Positions 19,123-27,868 of a DNA stretch of 64,000 nt are shown one piece after another. Location of the stretch: the NCBI GenBank assembly GCA_965218095.1, contig OZ244587.1, forward strand, positions 3,712,001-3,776,000, given 5' to 3'. The DNA is from Candidatus Poribacteria bacterium. GTDB lineage: Bacteria; Poribacteria; WGA-4E; PCPOR2b. The stretch's first letter is position 1. Every line of letters starts with the position of its first letter. The position numbers and the translations under genes are program-made. Under the pieces are notes generated by a model that saw only the letters and a list, made by a program, of their open reading frames with translations, searched no databases and was not told the origin of the DNA.

Positions 19123-21456
19123 CTATTTCAGAAGAATCATCTTTTTCGATGTCTGAAAATCACCCGTTCTCAGGTGGTAGAAATAGAGCCCGCTACTTAC
19201 CAATTCACCGGTGTCACTCCGTCCGTCCCAATAAGCTGCTTTATCCTTTGTGCGATACAAACCCGCAGGTTGAGTCCCTAATACCAACCTGCGAATACGA
19301 CGTCCATCAACGTTGTAGATTGCGATCTCTATGTTTGCATCAGCAGCAAGGTCGTAGGGCATCCACGTCTCCGGGTTGAACGGATTCGGATAGTTTGGTA
19401 ACAGCTCTGTTTCGGTGACGATTGGATTTGCATTTACCAGCCATGCACAGAGAAAGTCGATAGCAATCCCGGCGCCACGTGGGAGATCGACCATAACTTC
19501 CAACTCGGCAAGCGCATGATGAATCTGTTTGTGGTTCGCTGCAGGTAGACGCATCGCTTCCCCCACATTGAATGAAGACGGTGCAGCTACCGCGATGCTT
19601 TCATCGAAATGGGAGCCAACGATTACGAGATCGAACACATTCACCACACCATCGCCGTTGACATCACCGCTCTGATTGTCGCCACGCTGTCCAAATTGTA
19701 ATCCGACAAGCACAAGATCGAAGATATTGACAACGCCGTCTGCATTGATATCTCCAATCAACTGATCTAGATCGTTTGTCAGATTGAGAGCGATGAATCG
19801 TGGGTGAGGAATTCCAGTGACAAGAACTTCGACGCCGGTGCCATCAAGGTTCGCCCGCTGGATTTCCCCTGTGTTAAAGTCAGTCCAGTAGATTTTGCCC
19901 TCGACCCCATCCACCGCGATGCCCTCTGGACTACTTACCCCCGTGGTGACGAGATCTTCGACATGACTCCCATCGAGGTTCGCCCGCTGGATTTTCTCCG
20001 TACCAGAGTCGGTCCAGTAGATTTTGCCCCCGACCCCATCGACGACAATGCCGAGTGGAGAAAACAACTCCGTGGTGACGAGATCTTCGACATGACTCCC
20101 ATCGAGGTTCGCCCGCTGGATTTTCTCCGTACCAGAGTCGGTCCAATAGATTTTGCCCCCGACTCCATCCACGGCAATGTCTCGTGGAACATCCAACTCC
20201 GTGGTGACGAGATCTTCGACATGACTCCCATTGAGGTTCGCCCGCTGGATTTTGGCAGTGCTAGAGTCGGTCCAGTAGATTTTGCCCCCGACTCCATCCA
20301 CGGCAATGCCGAGTGGAAAAATTAACCCCGTGGTGACGAGATCTTCGACGTGACTCCCATCGAAGTTCGCCCGCTGGATTTTGGCAGTGCTAGAGTCGGT
20401 CCAATAGATTTTGCCCCCGACTCCATCCACGGCAATGCCTTGTGGAAAAATTAATCCCGTGGTGACGAGATCTTCGACGTGACTCCCATCGAGGTTCGCC
20501 CGCTGGATTTTGGCAGTGCTAGAATCGGTCCAGTAGATTTTGCCCCCGACTCCATCCACGGCAATGCCTTGTGGAAAAATTAATCCCGTGGTGACGAGAT
20601 CTTCGACATGACTCCCATCGAGATTTGCCCGCTGAATTCTGTCGGTGATAAAATCGGTCCAGTAGATTTTGCCCCCAACTCCATCCACGGCAATACCGAA
20701 TGGATGACTCACCTCCGCGGTGACAAGATCTTCGACGTGACTCCCATTGAGATTCGCCCGCTGGATTTTGTCGGTGATAAAATCGGTCCAGTAGATTTTG
20801 CCCCCGACCCCATCCACGACAATGCTAAGTGGAGAAAACACCCCCGTGGTGACGAGATCTTCGACGCCAGTGCCATCAAGGTTCGCCCGCTGGATTTTGG
20901 CAGTGCTAGAGTCGGTCCAGTAGATTTTGCCCCCGACTCCATCCACGGCAATGCCGCGTGGACTCCCCAATCCATCATTGCGAGTGATGATAACCTCGAC
21001 GTGACTCCCATTGAGGTTCGCCCGCTGGATTTTGGCAGTGCTAGAGTCGGTCCAGTAGATTTTGCCCCCGACTCCATCCACGGCAATGCCGCGTGGACTC
21101 CCCAATCCATCATTGCGAGTGATGATAACCTCGACGTGACTCCCATTGAGGTCCGCACGTTGGATTGTACTCAAGTCAAGGTCCGTCCAGTAGATTTTGC
21201 TCCTACTCTCATCAACAGCCATATAACTAGGAGCTCGGACCCGGAGGAGTGTTTCTATGTTTTCGCCACTTGTCTCTGCATGGTCGATACCCTGGTCATG
21301 TGTCCAGTACATCTTCGCTGCCTGTGCGTGTCCCACTGAGTTGTTCAACAGCAGCAGAAAAAAGGCGGTTAGCACAATGAGTCTTAGGTTCCGATTCCTA
21401 CAACTGCAACATTTTCTTGACCAATACACGATTATCGGAAAATGTGACCGTTTCAT
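19123..21456 (-). CDS. LDL-receptor class B (YWTD) repeat protein with dockerin-like and FlgD/T9SS-like C-terminal domains
   Basis: 12 YWT[DH] repeats (GIAVDGVGGKIYWTD...IQRANLDGS), GDINADGVVNIFDL x2, and LLPNYPNPFNPETW. Start probably 21396 or 21456. Confidence 0.9.
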   Translation of the reverse strand: MKRSHFPIIVYWSRKCCSCRNRNLRLIVLTAFFLLLLNNSVGHAQAAKMYWTHDQGIDHAETSGENIETLLRVRAPSYMAVDESRSKIYWTDLDLSTIQRADLNGSHVEVIITRNDGLGSPRGIAVDGVGGKIYWTDSSTAKIQRANLNGSHVEVIITRNDGLGSPRGIAVDGVGGKIYWTDSSTAKIQRANLDGTGVEDLVTTGVFSPLSIVVDGVGGKIYWTDFITDKIQRANLNGSHVEDLVTAEVSHPFGIAVDGVGGKIYWTDFITDRIQRANLDGSHVEDLVTTGLIFPQGIAVDGVGGKIYWTDSSTAKIQRANLDGSHVEDLVTTGLIFPQGIAVDGVGGKIYWTDSSTAKIQRANFDGSHVEDLVTTGLIFPLGIAVDGVGGKIYWTDSSTAKIQRANLNGSHVEDLVTTELDVPRDIAVDGVGGKIYWTDSGTEKIQRANLDGSHVEDLVTTELFSPLGIVVDGVGGKIYWTDSGTEKIQRANLDGSHVEDLVTTGVSSPEGIAVDGVEGKIYWTDFNTGEIQRANLDGTGVEVLVTGIPHPRFIALNLTNDLDQLIGDINADGVVNIFDLVLVGLQFGQRGDNQSGDVNGDGVVNVFDLVIVGSHFDESIAVAAPSSFNVGEAMRLPAANHKQIHHALAELEVMVDLPRGAGIAIDFLCAWLVNANPIVTETELLPNYPNPFNPETWMPYDLAADANIEIAIYNVDGRRIRRLVLGTQPAGLYRTKDKAAYWDGRSDTGELVSSGLYFYHLRTGDFQTSKKMILLK

Positions 21457-21605
21457 GAATCAAAATCGTTACCAATCGGTTTTGTATACCCGGGCATCGA
21501 TTGCGTTTTTTGAAACGCAATCTGTTCAGTTCGTGCTGGAATGGAAGCCAAAAGCTCAATTTGTGACCATGCAAGGTATAGCCAAAAAACACTCAATGTA
21601 AGTAT

Positions 21606-21756
21606 ACCCAAGTTGCTACCTATCGAAAAAGAATCGAAGCTGATGTAGCAAACCGTCATATAACAGCGAATAGAAAAAGGATTGGACAAAAAACTCGATA
21701 AATCCCGTGATTCGTTGTCATATTTTCAACCTTCTGTTGAGGGTAGCAACTTGAGT
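21606..21756. mobile_element. IS982-end-derived MITE
   Basis: ACCCAAGTTGCTACCTATC ... GGTAGCAACTTGAGT, the same ends as the IS at 61445-62385. Confidence 0.75.
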
Positions 21757-21767
21757 TAAATAGCAGT

Positions 21768-21894
21768 GACTTCAGGGAAAACCAGCAAAAGAAAAGCCTC
21801 CTGATGCCGAAGAGTGTGTCTATCCAATCAGGAGCATCGGGAGGCGAATGATATATCTCTAAGAATGTCGTCCCTGCGGATTAAAGGATCATCC
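21768..21894 (-). terminator. Conserved 3' element of LamG genes ending in a long-loop terminator-like hairpin (copy 1)
   Basis: Minus strand GCCTCCCGATGC...GCATCAGGAGGC-TTTTCTTTT. Homologous to 23045-23195 and 25303-25417. Confidence 0.6.
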
Positions 21895-22713
21895 TCAGGG
21901 ACTTTGTTTTAGATTTCCCCATGTCGTAGCAAGCTTTCCTTGGGGGTCAACGCCAAGAAACACATCTATACCAAGCATAATCTCATTGATATCTTGCTCG
22001 GTGAAGGTTCCTCTCCAAATCATGACCTCGTCGATGGTGCCTTGGAACGGCTCTGCAAACTGATCAAAACCACCAATAGTGATAGGGCCGGCGGACCCTT
22101 TGGCCTTTAATGCCCCGTCGCCTGCAGTCCATTTCATTTTTTGTAGTTTCCCATTTATATAGAATTTTAACGCGCCAGCCTTCCCAAAAGTATTGGTGAC
22201 AGCAACATGCATCCACTTCTCCAAAACTACACCTGTACCGCCTAGCGATCGCGCACGGTGCTGATCCCCGTTGTCACTCCAATAGAATTGGAGGTCCCTA
22301 CCACCATTCGGACTCCATAGAGTCATTGCGTAATTTATGGCATTTCCCTGGCGATTAAAGATAATCCCGCGATTAGCTCCAGGTCTTGCAGCATCGACAT
22401 TAACCCAGGCCATGAGCGTGATTTCTGCCTCACCCTCAAAGGCAAAGACTGGGTCCTTTTTGGTCCGGACCATACCCTCAGGCCCCGGGTTATGGAGAAA
22501 ATACACGGCTTTTCCAATTTGCCCATCGACTCGCTTCCAATTTCCAACTAACTCGCCGTTAGCTTCGGTGTCAGACTTGTCCTTCACCACCTTTCCTACG
22601 TCTTCGTCGAAGGGAAAATACAGGAGCAGCTCCAATTCACCACGAATTTTCCCCTGGACCAGGGACGGTAGAAGGAGCAAAAGGACACCTATTATAAGCA
22701 CCAATGCTTTCAT
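21895..22713 (-). CDS. Secreted LamG/concanavalin-A-like domain protein
   Basis: Signal peptide, LYFPFDE, ITLMAWV, WMHVAVT, FYINGK, FQGTIDEV and C-terminal VDPQGKLATTWGNLK. Confidence 0.9.
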   Translation of the reverse strand: MKALVLIIGVLLLLLPSLVQGKIRGELELLLYFPFDEDVGKVVKDKSDTEANGELVGNWKRVDGQIGKAVYFLHNPGPEGMVRTKKDPVFAFEGEAEITLMAWVNVDAARPGANRGIIFNRQGNAINYAMTLWSPNGGRDLQFYWSDNGDQHRARSLGGTGVVLEKWMHVAVTNTFGKAGALKFYINGKLQKMKWTAGDGALKAKGSAGPITIGGFDQFAEPFQGTIDEVMIWRGTFTEQDINEIMLGIDVFLGVDPQGKLATTWGNLKQSP

Positions 22714-22790
22714 TTTCGTTTCTCCTTTCAGGCAACCAATTATTAAGAAACTATTTCAAGGCCGTAGTGATCAAGAAGATGGTAGACACC

Positions 22791-22900
22791 AGGGCATGTT
22801 GACATATTCGAAAGAATTCACTTATTATCTCACTCTGCTCAATCGGGGCCCCCGATGGATCGGGACCAACAGGAGCATCAATAATTTGTCAACACGCCCT
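22791..22900. mobile_element. MITE with IS5-like ends and internal CCCGATGGATCGGG palindrome
   Basis: AGGGCATGTTGACATATT ... AATTTGTCAACACGCCCT; the TGTTGACA core is shared with the IS5 TIR at 6971. Confidence 0.65.
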
Positions 22901-23044
22901 AATCATTCTTAATGGTTGCCAACCCCGTCTAACCGCCCTTCGTAAGGGAGTTAGAGGAGATTGGCAATACAAAATTCCGTGTCGCTATGTCAATTATCCT
23001 GTTGACCATGACACAAATTAAAAAAACACTAAATGTACGACACC

Positions 23045-23195
23045 GACTTCAGCAAAAACCTGCAAAAGAAAAACCTCCCCGATAAAATCGGGATTTTCAA
23101 TCTGATGCCAGTAGGAAAGTGTTCCCCTATTCAATTAGGAACATCAAAAGGTGAATTAGGTATTGCTAAAGATGTCGTCATTGCGGCTTAACGGA
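23045..23195 (-). terminator. Conserved LamG 3' element (copy 2, with inserted CCCGAT-ATCGGG palindrome)
   Basis: Minus strand ACCTTTTGATGTT...GGCATCAG[insert]GGAGGT-TTTCTTTT. Confidence 0.55.
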
Positions 23196-24092
23196 TCATC
23201 GACGACCGCGTTTTAGGGCACCCCATGACGTAGCAAGCTTCCCTTGGGGGTCAACGGAAAGGAACTCAATTGTCGGCGCCTGCGCAATCTCTTTGAGTTC
23301 ATCCGTCGTGAAGATCCCTCTCCAGATCGAGACATCGTCGATCCTGCCGCGGAAGTCTCTGGCGCCTGGCCGCCACCCACGCGCGGCAATATGGACAGGG
23401 CCGTCGCTTTCGAAAGCCTTAAACTTCCCGTTGCCATGACTAAACGCCACTGGAAGTTCTTCCCCATTCAGATAGACTTTCTGCGTTTCAGGATCTCCGG
23501 GGGTATTGGTGCCAGCAACATGGTGCCACTCTCTTAAAGGTACGCCATCTACTGGCTCTCTCGATGTAACACGATGCCAGTCTGCATCCGCCGCGTCTCG
23601 ATAAAACAAAGCGACGTCGCCGGCCTTATCACCCACCTCTGCCCGCTGCTCAATTCGAAAACCATAATTAGCCTGGGTTCCTTGCCCGTCAGGCCAATTA
23701 TAGACAATCGCATTATCATGATTATCCCACTGGTCCCCATAGATCCAAGCCATGATGGTGATTGGGTCATTTGAGGGAAAAGCCAGACGCTCGTTCTCTC
23801 GACTAGAGACATGATCCCCTTCACGCACCAACTTGTCATCATCTTTATTTATTCCATCATGGTTGAACCGCAAGGATTTTCCAAATTTCCCTTCGACCCA
23901 CTCAGGTGATCCGATTATCTTGCCGTCTGCTTCGGTTTCAGACTTATCTTCCACCGTCCTGCCGCTGCCTTCGTCAAAAGGGTAATACAGGACTAGTTCC
24001 AATCCAGGTCGAATTTTCCCCTGGACCAGGGAGGGTGGTAAAACAAGCAGAAGAACACCGACTATAAGCAGGACGGATATTCTTATTTTCAT
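23196..24092 (-). CDS. Secreted LamG domain protein
   Basis: LYYPFDEGSG, GKFGKSL, WHHVAGT, FRGRIDDV and C-terminal VDPQGKLATSWGALK. Confidence 0.9.
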   Translation of the reverse strand: MKIRISVLLIVGVLLLVLPPSLVQGKIRPGLELVLYYPFDEGSGRTVEDKSETEADGKIIGSPEWVEGKFGKSLRFNHDGINKDDDKLVREGDHVSSRENERLAFPSNDPITIMAWIYGDQWDNHDNAIVYNWPDGQGTQANYGFRIEQRAEVGDKAGDVALFYRDAADADWHRVTSREPVDGVPLREWHHVAGTNTPGDPETQKVYLNGEELPVAFSHGNGKFKAFESDGPVHIAARGWRPGARDFRGRIDDVSIWRGIFTTDELKEIAQAPTIEFLSVDPQGKLATSWGALKRGRR

Positions 24093-24237
24093 TTTTGCTC
24101 CTCCTTATCGGGTAACTATATCAGGTAACTATCCAAAATTTTGAACACTTTCCTACTGTACGTATATCCCATATTCCGCACCCCATGAATACTGGAAATG
24201 CCGGAAACCCCAAAAACAGGCGCGGAATGTAAAATAT

Positions 24238-24266
24238 ATTATAACTTTTTTTTTTTTCTTTGTCAA
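24238..24266 (-). promoter_or_regulatory. Perfect-consensus sigma70 promoter with A12 tract in the spacer
   Basis: Minus strand TTGACA-AAGAAAAAAAAAAAAGT (17 nt)-TATAAT, ~145 bp upstream of LamG start 24092. Confidence 0.8.
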
Positions 24267-24403
24267 CAAAACTTAATCTCTATTGACAAAATTCACCGGG
24301 GGTGTTAATATCACTAAACTCCGTTTCTGAATAAAAATGCAGCATTAGAGCGGAAGGAAAAGATTATGCTTGATTATCAATCAGAATTGGTATCGAACTC
24401 ACG

Positions 24404-25285
24404 TTAGTGTACGGTTACACCAACTTCCCGTGCCACATGCCGGATATATTGCTGACCTGAAATGGTGTCTTCGTATGGAAAGTGCTCCACATACAGCGTA
24501 ACATCGTGTGCTAACTCATCCAGCCGTCTAAGGATTGTCGCATAGTCCATAACACCGGATTCAAAACGATGATCCGTTTCCCTTGCTCCCGGAACCGCTT
24601 CGTCTACGTGAACCACTGATAAATACCCGCTTTCGTTCTGCTTCACCGCGGACATCGCCAGATCTTTCGCGTGGAGTGCGGTGATTTTATCACCCAACTC
24701 ATCGAAGATTTGATTCACCAACTCCGTTGTTCTATAGAACAGGTGGGGCCATGTCAGGTTTACGCAATCCATCAGCGCTTTCAGTCGGGGTGAGGGGACC
24801 GCCTCAAAAAGCTCTTTATACCGCTCCACAGAACAGAGCGGACTCATAATATGGGGGTGCGCAGCAACGTCCATATTCGCCGCTTCTGCCTCCTTGACCA
24901 AATCCTCTGCAGCAGCGAGACATCGCCCCCATGCTTCCTCAGACCACATTTGGGGCGTGCATCTGTACGTTAATCCGACATTAAATCCGACGCAGTGCGC
25001 GCCTAAGATCCGAGCGTGGCGCAGTTGACGGCGATAGTGTTCGATGGCTGACTGATATTCGTCTTCATCCGCTGCGCCAAACCCGCTGTGGAAGCCACTA
25101 AACTCACCCCGCCGGATGCCATGATCGTCGAGGAACTTCCTTGCCTCCTCAACATCCGCATCGCTCCAGTCGGCGGGTGTACTCATGGAGACAGTTTTCA
25201 CCTCCATGATTCCGACTTTGCGGAGAAACGCCGCCCGCTCTTCTGCTGTCTTTCCCGGGTGTATTCCCGGACTCATCAAAATCAT
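24404..25285 (-). CDS. Sugar phosphate isomerase/epimerase TIM barrel, copy 2
   Basis: Near-identical to 11462-12319, with an extra in-frame segment ARETDHRFES at 24557-24586. Confidence 0.85.
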   Translation of the reverse strand: MILMSPGIHPGKTAEERAAFLRKVGIMEVKTVSMSTPADWSDADVEEARKFLDDHGIRRGEFSGFHSGFGAADEDEYQSAIEHYRRQLRHARILGAHCVGFNVGLTYRCTPQMWSEEAWGRCLAAAEDLVKEAEAANMDVAAHPHIMSPLCSVERYKELFEAVPSPRLKALMDCVNLTWPHLFYRTTELVNQIFDELGDKITALHAKDLAMSAVKQNESGYLSVVHVDEAVPGARETDHRFESGVMDYATILRRLDELAHDVTLYVEHFPYEDTISGQQYIRHVAREVGVTVH

Positions 25286-25302
25286 TTGAACCTCCCCATC
25301 CG

Positions 25303-25417
25303 TAAAAGAAAAGCCCCCTGATGCCGATAGGAACGTGTGTCTATTCAATCGTGAGTATCAAGAGGCAAATGATGTATCTCTACAATGTGGTCATTGCAGA
25401 TTCAGGAACTATTCTCC
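25303..25417 (-). terminator. Conserved LamG 3' element (copy 3), directly upstream of the isomerase RBS
   Basis: Minus strand GCCTCTTGATAC...GCATCAGGGGGC-TTTTCTTTT. Confidence 0.55.
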
Positions 25418-25955
25418 TCACCGATTTCGTTTTATGGCGCCCCATTTTGTAGCGAGCTTTTTATGAGGCTCGACGCCGAGGAACTGGTCTCCAGGCGCCT
25501 GCATAATCGTTTGGATTTCCTCCTCCGTGAAGGCAACCTTCCAGATCATGACCTCGTCGATGGCGCCCTGGAATGGTTCGCTAAACATCCCGTATCCGCC
25601 AATCGTGATGGGACCGTTGGCGGGCATGGGTGCTTTTGTTCCGTCGCCTTTAGACCAGCCCTTCGCTTCATGACTTTTATTAATGCCTCCATCTCGGCTC
25701 GATTTTTGATCTTTCCCACTCAGATAGACTTTCATCGCTTCAGGATTCCCCAAAGTATTGGTGGCGGCAATATGGGTCCACTTATCTATCGGTACGGAGT
25801 CCCATATCCCTGTGACACGATGAAAATTGTTATCTTCCTTGTCACGATAAAATTGTTATCTTCCTTGTCACGATAAAAGAAAGATGGATCCACAGTCTTC
25901 AGACGAAGTGCGTAATTCGCCTTGTTTGCGTTAGGGCTATTATAGATAATTCCAC
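25418..25955 (-). pseudogene. LamG domain pseudogene (5'-truncated; frameshifted by a 26-bp duplication)
   Basis: Reads GIIYNSPN..ANYALR..FFYRDKEDNNF[dup 25823-25874]HRVTG..KWTHIAATNT..FQGAIDEV..VEPHKKLATKWGAIK. Confidence 0.85.
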
Positions 25956-26072
25956 ATCAGATTATATCATAACACATCTCTCGTTTTTCTTCAAGACCAA
26001 AATCTCGTTTTTCTTCAAGACCAAAATTTTTTTCTCGTGGGGAATTTGTATATGTCAATCAGAACTTTTTTA

Positions 26073-26101
26073 TTGACAAGATTTTCCGGGAGTGTTAATA
26101 T
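26073..26101 (+). promoter_or_regulatory. Putative promoter of the ThDP enzyme; near-duplicate at ~24283-24311
   Basis: TTGACAAGATTTTCCGGGAGTGTTAATAT versus TTGACAAAATTCACCGGGGGTGTTAATAT. Confidence 0.5.
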
Positions 26102-26160
26102 CAGAAAAATACCAAATTTTGCAAGTTCCTGCTTCTACATAAAAAGGAGAGAAAGTTTCT

Positions 26161-27858
26161 ATGAAGGTAACAGGCTCACATCTCATTGCCCGGGCCTTGA
26201 GGGCAGAAGGAATAGAGAAGGTATTTGCACTGGCAGGCGACCACACCCTTCCTCTGATGGACTTTATGGCGGGGGAGGGGTTCCAGTTTATTGATACCCG
26301 GCACGAGCAGGCTGCGGTGGACATGGGTACTGCATGGGGGCGTATTACTGGCGTTCCCGGGGTGTGTATGTTCACAACGCCGGGACATGCGAATGCCATT
26401 CCGGGGCTCACACTAGCGAGGCACATGGAGTCGCCGCTGATTAACATCGCGGGTTGCGCGGAACAGAACCGGCTGGGGCAGGGCGCCTCGCAGGAAATTG
26501 ACCAGATCGGAATGGCAAAACCCGTCACCAAAGGGGCGTGGTTCATCTCCGATCCGTACCGCATTCCGGAGTTTTTTGCCCGGGCCTTCCGCACGGCCTT
26601 AACAGGTAGGCGCGGCCCCGCTCACCTGACTATCCCCCTGGACGTCCAGATAGCTGAGGTCGATGAGAGCAAGGTACGTTTCTACCCGCCCGAGGAATAC
26701 CGCCGCACGGGTCAGGTCCTGGGCGATCCGGAGCGTGTCAGAGAAGCAATCGAGTTGCTCCAGAGCGCCAAGCGTCCCATTGTGGTAGCGGGAAACGGTG
26801 CCTACTCGGTGAATCGAGAGGACTTGCAGCGTTTCTTAGAGGTGACTCATCTTCCGTTGTTCACTGAGATGGCGGCTCGTGGCATCGTTCCCGATACCCA
26901 CCCGTATTGCTTTGGATTGGCGGATGGGCGGGCAAATCCTGTCGCACGCGCTTTTTTGAAGGACGCAGACACGGTGCTGTTTCTGGGCAAGAAGCTGGAC
27001 GCCACCATCTCCTTCGGCGGACCTCCAACGCTAGATCCGGAGACGCGTATCATCCAGGTGGAACCTGCATCGGATCAGATTGGTCTCTCGCGGGGTGTGG
27101 CTGTCGCCATTTTAGGCGATGTCGGATCCGTAGTAAAGCAGTTGGCTCAAGAAGCGGAGGGGTATCAATGGGGAGAATTACCCATGCGCCGTGAGTTGGA
27201 ATCAGCTTGCAGTGCCCAGGAGCAAAATCTAGAAAGTATGGCTGCGGCGTCTACCTCTTTACACGCGATGTCCGTGCACAAGATTTTGCGCCCTCTCCTA
27301 AACGACAACTCTTGCGTGATTTTTGAGGGAAGCGACTTCTCCTTCTATGGAGTGCCCTATTACCCCAACACCCTCCCGAACCGCTGGTTCACCAATGGTA
27401 CGCTTGGAATGATCGGTTGGGGCGTCCCCTTTGGGTTGGGGGTTAAGGTTGCTCTCCCCCAATCGAAAGTGGTCGTCCTTACTGGAGATGGCGCTTTCGG
27501 GTTCAGCGGTATGGAGCTAGACACAGCCGTGAGGCACAATCTGCCTGTAGTTATCGTGGTGGGAAACGACAGCGTCTGGGGGATGGACTACCACCAGCAG
27601 GTGCAGCTCTACGGAAAAGCCGTGGCGACTGAGCTCCTCCCCTCACGTTATGATAAGATAGCGGAGGCACTGGGCGCCCATGGGGAATATGTGGAGGAGG
27701 CGCATCAACTGCCGGGCGCCCTAGAGCGTGCTCTTGCCGCGGAGGTGCCAGCGTTGGTGAATGTGCGCACCGAACCTTCCCCTAGCCCGCTGACAGAATA
27801 CATCATGGAACGGAAAAGAGCCGACGCTGGAAATAGCAATTCTCGGCGCCTAACTTGA
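26161..27858 (+). CDS. Thiamine diphosphate-dependent enzyme (ALS-like/2-hydroxyacyl-CoA lyase-like)
   Basis: TRHEQAA, GRRGP, GTLG and the GDGAFG...GND ThDP-binding motif. RBS AGGAGA. Confidence 0.9.
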   Translation: MKVTGSHLIARALRAEGIEKVFALAGDHTLPLMDFMAGEGFQFIDTRHEQAAVDMGTAWGRITGVPGVCMFTTPGHANAIPGLTLARHMESPLINIAGCAEQNRLGQGASQEIDQIGMAKPVTKGAWFISDPYRIPEFFARAFRTALTGRRGPAHLTIPLDVQIAEVDESKVRFYPPEEYRRTGQVLGDPERVREAIELLQSAKRPIVVAGNGAYSVNREDLQRFLEVTHLPLFTEMAARGIVPDTHPYCFGLADGRANPVARAFLKDADTVLFLGKKLDATISFGGPPTLDPETRIIQVEPASDQIGLSRGVAVAILGDVGSVVKQLAQEAEGYQWGELPMRRELESACSAQEQNLESMAAASTSLHAMSVHKILRPLLNDNSCVIFEGSDFSFYGVPYYPNTLPNRWFTNGTLGMIGWGVPFGLGVKVALPQSKVVVLTGDGAFGFSGMELDTAVRHNLPVVIVVGNDSVWGMDYHQQVQLYGKAVATELLPSRYDKIAEALGAHGEYVEEAHQLPGALERALAAEVPALVNVRTEPSPSPLTEYIMERKRADAGNSNSRRLT

Positions 27859-27868
27859 CTTTAAGGTA

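Noticed and set aside
19800-21310. Regular ~129-bp repeats as a CRISPR array
   Set aside because: They are in-frame coding repeats with no unique spacers, and there are no cas genes.
11462-25285. Paralog pairs as DGR template/variable repeats
   Set aside because: There is no reverse transcriptase in the window, the differences do not look adenine-specific, and both copies are full genes.
25960-26160. TPP riboswitch upstream of the ThDP enzyme
   Set aside because: No CUGAGA/ACCUG consensus is visible.
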